From the human T2T-CHM13v2.0 reference genome, Homo sapiens: DNA of 64,000 nucleotides. The notes under the pieces were generated by a model. That model searched no databases. It was not told the origin of the DNA and worked only from the letters and a program-made list of their open reading frames with translations. The translations under genes were made by a program, and so were the position numbers. Below are positions 54,241-64,000 of this stretch, piece by piece (the stretch's first letter is position 1; every line of letters begins with the position of its first letter). The stretch lies in assembly GCF_009914755.1 (NCBI RefSeq), contig NC_060939.1. The stretch is one strand, 5' to 3'.

Positions 54241-56871
54241 AAGAAGTAAATGTATTTTTTTAAAGAAAGAAAAAGAATTATCTCACAAGGATTTTAAGGC
54301 AGCCACCATTAAAATGCTTCAACAGGCAATTACCAACACGTTGGAAACAAATGAAAAAAACAGAAAGCCTGAGTAAAGAAAGTCTCAGCAAAGAAATACA
54401 GAATGTAAATAATGAAATTACAAAACCAAAATTACGATAACTGAAATCAATGTCAGTGGATGGGTTCAATAGCAGAATGGATGTGACAGAAGAAGGAATC
54501 AATGTACTAAAAATAAAACAATAGAAATTTGCCAGTCTGAACAATAGGAAGAAAACAAACTAAAAAAACAAACAGAACTTTGGTGACTCGTGAAACTATA
54601 ATAAAAGATGAATATTCATGTCATCAGAGTCTCAAAAGGAAAGGAGAAAAAGGACAGAAAAATAATTTGAAAAAATATGAACTGAAAAGTTCTCAAAAGA
54701 CAAAACCTACAGATTCAAGAAGACAAGTAAACCCCAAACAGTGTAAACCCCAAATCAATCCAGGCCAAAACACATCAAAGTCAAACTTCTGAAAACTGAA
54801 GACACAGAAAAAATCTTGAAAGCAGCAACAGAAAAACAACATTTTCCCTAGAGGGGAAAAACAGTTTAATGACAGTAAATTTCTCATTAAAAACCACGGA
54901 AGCCAGAAGGAACTGGCACGATATCTTTCAGGTGCTAGGAGAAAAGGCTTGTTAACTCAGAGTTCTTTAACCAGCAAAAATATCCTGCAGAAATGAAGAA
55001 AAAAATAAAAATATTTATAGAGAAAGGAGAATTTCTCACTAGCAGATCTGCTCTAAAAGAATAAAGAAAATTCTCTAAACAGAAAGGAAATGAAAAAAGA
55101 TCTCGGATAATCCAGGAATCGTGGATAATGAGGAAGGCAGGATGACAGGAGGAGGAAAAATATGTATAAACACAACAGATTCCTATTCCACTTGAGTTCT
55201 CCAAATTATGTTTGACTGTTGAAGCAAAAATTATAATGCTGTATGATATGGTTCAAAATGTATGTAAAGAAAATAAAACCATTAATACACATAAAAATAT
55301 ATATAAACATGCATGTAATATACACATATACATATATTAGAAACATATAAAAATGTTAAGATAATTAAATGGGGGGGACTAAAGGGAGCAAAAGTTTCTA
55401 TACTTTACTGGAAGTGATAAAATGTAGCATCACCAAGTAGCACTGTAGTACAGCCGACTATGACTTGTTACATACAAAATGTAGTATCTAGAGTGAGGAC
55501 AAAAAGGCCATATAAAGAGATATACTTTAAAACACTGAATTCTAAAAGGTATTCAAGTAACCTGCAGGAAAGCCAGAAAAACAAACAAACTGTGACACAT
55601 CCATACCATGGAAAACTAACTATATCAGCAATAAATAGGAATGATTCTTGACATCTCAACTTAGATGGATCTCAAGGGCATTATGCTGAGTAAAAAAAGC
55701 CAATCTCAAAGATTTTATACTACATGATTCCATTTATATAACATTCTCAAAATGACAAAATTATAGAGATGGTTACCAAGGGTGAGGGATGGTGAAAGGG
55801 AGTGGGTGTGTGTGTGACTATAAAGAGGCAGCACAGGGATATCATTGGGTTAAGGAATTCTGTATCTTGGTTGCAGTGTTGGTTACATGAATCTACACAT
55901 GTGATAAAATACCAAAGAACGATATACTACTCACTTTACACCAATGTCAATGTACTGGTTTTAATATTGTTCTATAGTTACATAAGATGGAACTAATAGG
56001 GGAAACTCGGTGAATGGTACAGTAAATATGGTACTTCTCTGTACTATGTTTTCAAATTCATGTGAATTTATAATTATTTCAAAATAAAAAGTTTAAAAAG
56101 TGAATTAATTCTGTGAATTATTTAAGAGCTCACTAATAGGATCACCATACCTGTAAGTAAATATTTTTGTTCTAATAGAAAAAAATTATAGCAACTTTAT
56201 TCATAACAGATAAAAACTGGAATTAAGAAACCAATCTGAAAAGGCAGCATAGTGTATGATTCCAACTATATGACATTCTGAAAAAGTTAAAACCATGGAG
56301 AGAGTAAAAGGTTCAGTGGGTTGCCAGGGGCTGGAGAAGGAAAAGGGATGAATAGGCAGAATGCACAGGATTTTTAGGGCAGTGAAAATACTCTATATGA
56401 TACTAGAATGGTGGACAGCTGTCATTATGCATTTATCCAAACCCATAGAATGTACAACACCAAGAGTGAACCCTAATGTAAACTATGGGCTTGGGGTGAT
56501 TATGATGTCTCAATGAAGGTTCATCAATTGTAGCAAATGTACCATTCTGGTGGGGATGTTGATAATAGGGAATGCTATACGCTCGTGGGCACGAGGGTAT
56601 GTGGGATATCTCTGTATCTTTTTCTCAGTTTTGATGTTGAACCTAAAATTGCTCTAAAAAAATGAAGTCTTTTGAAGAAACACTGGAAACGAAATGTTCA
56701 TGAACAGGTGATTAAGTACATTGTGATATAGTCATACAATGGAACACTACTCAGCAATTAAAAGAATGAACTACTAATACACACAACATATGAATTTCAA
56801 AAAATTAAGCTGAGAGAAAGAAGCTAGATTCAAAAGAGTACATAATAATTCAATTTATAGGAGCAGTGTAA

Positions 56872-57583
<712 letters not shown>

Positions 57584-57587
57584 CGTG

Positions 57588-57620
<33 letters not shown>

Positions 57621-58526
57621 TTCAAAGCTATGCTGTTAGCACACAGAACACTTACTGTTGTTTTTGGGGGAAGGGGCATATGTCACTAATAGAATGTCTC
57701 CAAAGCTGGACTGATGTGGGGAAAATACCTTTCCCTTCTAGCTTTGAGAGACTTCTTCTTGGATCTCAGGAGGAGGGATTCCCTGACTTAGATACACAGG
57801 GCCTCCTTGGCACAAAAGCCTGTGGGATGGAAAAACAAATTTGTTTTTATGTTCTTTTCTCCCTTTCCACCTTTCAGCATAGACTTAACTCCCTTTAACC
57901 CAGACATCTGCTGGGATCTGACCCCCAATAATTGGTTACCAGTGTGTCAGACAATCTGGATGTTCCAGTGATACCACTGAGATGGAGCCCCTCAAAGGAG
58001 CAGTGGTTCCATTTCCAGATTGTGGATCTTCAGATAAATTCTGTCATTTTCATTTCACTTCCTGAGTCAGGATCGGCTCGTGAAAAGTTGTTAAACAACA
58101 TTCTAAATGTGAAATGTCAACCCTCACTCTAAACTTTCCCTGTTCAGAGCATCACATGAAGACTTCACTGGGTTTATAGTGGCTTTCTGATTTTTGGTAG
58201 TTCATTGAAGAAGGGAGTTTGAAAGTTGTTGTATGCTGTTAATGATTTTCTGCCCATGTCCTGCCTGAAATACCATGATTATTTATGGAAGGTATCTTTA
58301 ATAAAGCTGGATACAGTTTAGCTAGGAAAAAAAATTCCATTTATACAATATTCTGGAACAGGTAAAACTATAGTGATGAAGTACAGATCAGTAATTGTTA
58401 GATGTAGGGAGAGATTTTGACCAAAAAGGGAAAGCCAGAAGTTTTCTAGGGTGATGGGACTGTTTGTTTCCTGTTTGTAGTGGTAGTTGTATGGATCCAA
58501 ACATGTGTTAAAGCTCACAGAACTTA

Positions 58527-58860
<334 letters not shown>

Positions 58861-59360
58861 TTAAAAATTAACAACAAAATAAAATAATTTCCCATCAGAA
58901 CTTTTTAAATTCTATCTTCAATTATTTAATAGATACATAAAGTGTATTCTAGTCTTAGTTCTGTTACCACCTATATAACACTTGAGGATGTAGCTTCACA
59001 CCCTTAGTTTCACTTTGCAAAATGTAAGGGGATAATCAAATGATTTCCTTTTTTTTTTTTTTTGAGCCTTTTCTTATTCTAAAACCTATTCCTATTCCAT
59101 GTTTCTGTTAAATTTTTATTATTTTAGAATTAACAAGGAACACAAAATATTTTAATGTACTCAAGTTGACTCCACAAACTTCCTTCAGACAGTGTGGGCT
59201 GGCTTGCAATATTCTTCTTATTGGTTTTATGTGATCTTTTATGAGCTCTAAACATTTGACCTTACTTAGTAGCTTTGTTTAGATGATTATTAGATAGCAC
59301 TCTCATCTTTGGAATAATCAGGCTTCTGACTATAAGAGCTGTACAAGATTTCTATTTCCT

Positions 59361-59659
59361 GGCTGGGCATGGTGGCTCACATCTGTAATCCCAGCACTTT
59401 GGGAGGCCGAGGTAGGTGGATCACTTGAGGTCAGGAGTTTCGAGACCAGCCTGGCCAACATGGTGAAACCCCATCTCTACTGAAAATACAAAAATTAGCC
59501 AGGTGGGGTGACACCGGTAATCCTAGCTACTCACCTGTAATCCCAGGAGGCTGAGGTCAGAGAATCGCTTGAACCCAGGAAGCAAAGGCTGCAATGAGCC
59601 GAGATTCGCCATTGCACTCCAGCCTGGGCAACAGAGCAAGACTCTATCTCAAAAAAAAA
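59361..59659 (+). mobile_element. AluS
   Basis: TSD tctatttcct. Confidence 0.92.
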
Positions 59660-62529
59660 GTCTATTTCCTTTATTATATCAGACCATGTCTATATTTGCT
59701 GTAAAAAAGTATGTGAACTGCCATTTCTGCCAGCCAAATGATGCCTATTGTTATTAATTTTTATAAGACATGGTATTCATATTGCTGGAGAAAAGAAAGT
59801 AAGCCATTGTTACTGAATTCATTCAATATAATCAAAAAAATTTTTTTAACCCTACATAGAAAATCTGGAGTCCCCAAATCTTTTGCAAAGATCTTCATTT
59901 CTCCTATAGAAGAGCTGCAGACTAGCAATGTATTATACTACCAAATCTTATATTAAAATGTTCTGTTTATATATAAGAATAAGCAAAGCTATTGAGGAAG
60001 TTCATACAATTTAAGAATCAAATTTAATAACTTCCTAGAAAACCCTCATTGCAATTAGCAACTTTTCATTTAAATTTTTTTGGAGATGGGTTTTCATAAA
60101 AGAAATAAAAAGACCCAAGAGCAAATTATTATCTCTTTCAACAATACTCTCAATTTTGTACAGGAGAATAATTTTTGAATATTTATGAAAATCATCCAAA
60201 TTTCTCACATTGAGAATTAAGAAAAATAAACGTGGCATACATAAGCTAATGAAATATTCAATAACTACTTGAATATTTATACTTACTTGGTACTATTTTT
60301 CTCCGATAAATTCAAATAACTGGGCAACTCAAAGTGGACTGATCTTACAAATGCAGGCCAACAGATTCTGTAATTCTCCTTTATTACCTATACTTCTATT
60401 TTTTAAAACTCTGAATCAACCCATTTAATTCTTTCAAATACAGCATGAAGAAATAAAACGAAGCCCTGAGCTATATCTAATCATTTAATTGCTAAGCAGC
60501 AATACACTTACAAAAGAAAAAACCAATCAATATTTCCATATAATTCTATCACCATGTTAAACTTTAAAATAACTTGGTCAAGAAGGAAGCTATAAATCAA
60601 ATTTATTTCCTGTGTGTTTAGATCACACACCCAAATATACACATACATACATATACACACAAATCAACAGCTCCATATTTCCCTTATTGCCATCCTGAGG
60701 TTTACTGAATATGACATCAAAGAGTTCCTCGAATTTCCATACATCTAAGAACTTATCTCATTTTTAGAAAATATCCTGGCACAGAAAGCAGACTACATAG
60801 AAATAAATCTACATTAAAACTAAATAATCAATGGCTAGGAAAAACACTTAATTTAATGCTAACGAATTTGTCAACATGACTCATTAAAAAAAATTTACTG
60901 TTTCAGCAATTTCTTTATTGAAATAGTTTAAAAAGTTAAAAGGCTTTGTGTATTAAAACCATGCCTTCTGAATCACAAGGCCATCCACGTGTACAAAGGG
61001 AATGCTTTAATAAGAATGGGACACCAGCCTGGAAGCCTGGCTTGCTTGCAGTTGACTCTAGATCAGGAATTCTTTAAGCCTAAAGCCAAACAAGAGAAAC
61101 TCACAAATCACAGGAAAAAGCCCAGTCATCTTGAAAAATTCCAAACCCTCAGTTAAATGTCATAACTTTTTTATGAACACTAAATCACAATGGGCCAATG
61201 AGAAACTAACAGTAGTCCTTAAAATGACTACAGTCTGGGTTAGCAAGACACAATCATATTATAATAGGTAAAATTTAATGAAACTGTGTTAGGAGTTTGA
61301 AGTTTCCAGGAAACTAGCTCCTGAGTTATCTCAAAACAAAAACCAAAAAATTAATTACTATGAAGGGTCCTCTTCATCTTTTCCTTTAAGGCACCATTAA
61401 AAAGTGGCTGTAAAAAAAACCTTTGCATATGTTTTGAAGTCATACATAGAGCTGAGAATTAAAAACTAGCTCTATTCAAGTCTGTATCAAATATCATTTT
61501 GAATTCCATGGATCTGTGATGGCATGAAAATGGGTACGCAATAAGAGGTGGAGCTCTGTAGGGCAGGGCATCAGGAAAGAACATCAGCAGCTGGGCAAGA
61601 GAATCTTATAATGGACTCTTAAGAAAAACAGACTTCAGAAAGGACACAATACATTTTTCTTCTCTAAAATAAGTCAAATCTCAAAATGTTGCTTTCAAAT
61701 TTTGTTGTATATCAACTCCATCCTTTGCTGTTTTCCTTATTTGATTAGAACCATCTGGGAGATCCTCCTTTCTTTTATTAGTTCTACAGAAAACATGCAG
61801 TTAATCATCTTAAAAAACACTTTTTAATATAGAACAACTGGAGATTGTATTAATGATCAAATTTTCATATCTGCAGAGAAAGCACCATCATACCATGTGG
61901 TCTAGAAAGTCAGTTTCTTTTAAAGGAAAGACAATTTAGAAAAAAAAATTGTACAAGAAAAACTGCTCATACCCACATACTAGTTTTAAAATTATTTTCT
62001 TTCCAATTAAAAAAATACTAAAAAGTTACACAGTTGTAGCTCTACAACTACAAAGTGGAAATAAAAAAGAAAACCCACTTCAATAAAGGCAATGAAATAA
62101 TTAATTTTACGTACAGCTTAGCTTCCCATGCTTATTTATTCATTTTCAAAGTATCCTTTTAAATTAACTGAAATTTTCCTTAGCTCACCTACAATTTATG
62201 AATACTTTATTATAAAGTATGATTTCTCTTTGCATTAGTCAGGATAACGTATGTGGTTGATAAACACAAGGATATTAAAAGTCAATTATGCTTATTCTTA
62301 ATCCAGGAATAAATGAAAACCAAAATTAAATCAACTCATAGACCTTATTACTTGCCACTTCCTTACCTCTTTGTTACTGTTATTTATATAGCTGTAGTCA
62401 TTACTACTTTCATATTAGAAAATGTTTGTTTCTCCTTCTTGGATTTTTTCATAAATCATTGAATTCTCACTTTCTCACAAAATGGTACTTCATTGAAGGA
62501 TGTAATTAGTCTCACTAAAGCAAGAAAAC

Positions 62530-63020
62530 ATGATAAACTTGGTTGAGAGTCACAGAGTCACTTAGTCTAGCCCAGCTATATGACCAATTCAATCTGGTCA
62601 TGTAAACAATGAAGAGAATGATATTTAACCCACAAGAGTATGGTGATGAGGCTCACATGAGATTAATGTATGTAAAGAGCAAAGAGCTTTGAAATGTTTA
62701 CAGTGCCACACAAATGCGAAGGTCTCAGTCTCACCATCTTCACATGGCAGGATTCAATGAAGTGATCTCTAAAGACTTATCTCGCAACCAAAAATTCTTA
62801 GCTATTCACATGTGAAGCACATTTTAAAAATCTACTGATAGGATAACTGTATTACTGTAAGGGACTTATGGAACAATGAAGTCAATCTTCTCACCTTACA
62901 AAATGTATGAAAACAGGTTAAGATACTTGTAGAGCACATGAGTCAGTAGGAAAGCTGGGAATTGAAAGAACCCAGATCTGAGCCCCACCTCAAAGTCCTT
63001 TCTATCATATGTTGCTGTTC
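62530..63020. mobile_element. Two MIR fragments (+ ~62530-62720, - ~62850-63020)
   Basis: MIR-like phrases (atgagattaatgtatgtaaagagc; ccttacaaaatgtatgaaaacagg...gaacccagatctg). Confidence 0.55.
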
Positions 63021-63251
63021 ACTATTCTGTGAATTTAAAATCTCTCTTCACCATAGGATCATGTAACCTAAATTACTTTTTCAAACTGGTTACAATGAAA
63101 AGCTTGTTAAGATGGAAATATTATTTTGGTGAGGCGATTTAACTGCTAATAGTTGAATTAAGAATGCTTACAAATGACACTAATAGCAAAAGGAGCTCAG
63201 ACTAAATTGTCCAGCTATTTGTTTGGTTTGTGTAATATTAAATTTTAAGTC

Positions 63252-63802
<551 letters not shown>

Positions 63803-64000
63803 TCCCATCTCTAATCTTCCAAACTTTTGAGGAATAGAGAATACTCTCCCCCTTTTTACTTCATCAGAAAGTAAATGAAATAAATTCCTTAAATGAAAGT
63901 AAATTCCTTATATGAAATACATATGTCCTCCACCCTCTACTTCAATAATCAGCAGTTGCACAACAACTAAACCTAAATAAAATAGGGAACATTGTGACAT

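Noticed and set aside
60287-60370. Minus-strand donor gtaagt with a short open frame
   Set aside because: No credible acceptor; the upstream sequence is purine-rich.

Overview
Hominoid (human or great-ape-like) AT-rich, repeat-dense genomic DNA that reads like a large intron or intergenic region. I could not identify any host-gene coding exon, RNA gene, CpG island or CRISPR array. The window holds about 29 Alus, MIR/L2/MER5/MER58/MER96/Tigger relics, a THE1D-like MaLR, a MER50-like solo LTR and an MLT1 LTR. A stack of nested L1s fills about 35-59 kb. The only gene-like sequence is a processed HMGN2 retrocopy whose 90-codon ORF is intact. I see no evidence of a new multi-gene biological system; the unusual signals concern retroelement mechanism. 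(1) Two inverted L1PA copies 4.9 kb apart share 11 non-consensus variants, including two nonsense codons and a frameshift, which points to gene conversion across an inverted repeat. (2) The full-length L1 is a 5'UTR-spliced (SpIRE-type) copy, appears to be an L1PA4/L1PA2 chimera and lacks a TSD. (3) A four-segment, doubly inverted L1 lies inside a single TSD. (4) An L1PB1 carries a probable 3' transduction ending in a Tigger2 terminus. (5) A MaLR with clipped, discordant LTRs is patched into an AluJ. Subfamily calls come from recalled consensus features, not from an alignment run, and the boundaries of old repeats are approximate.
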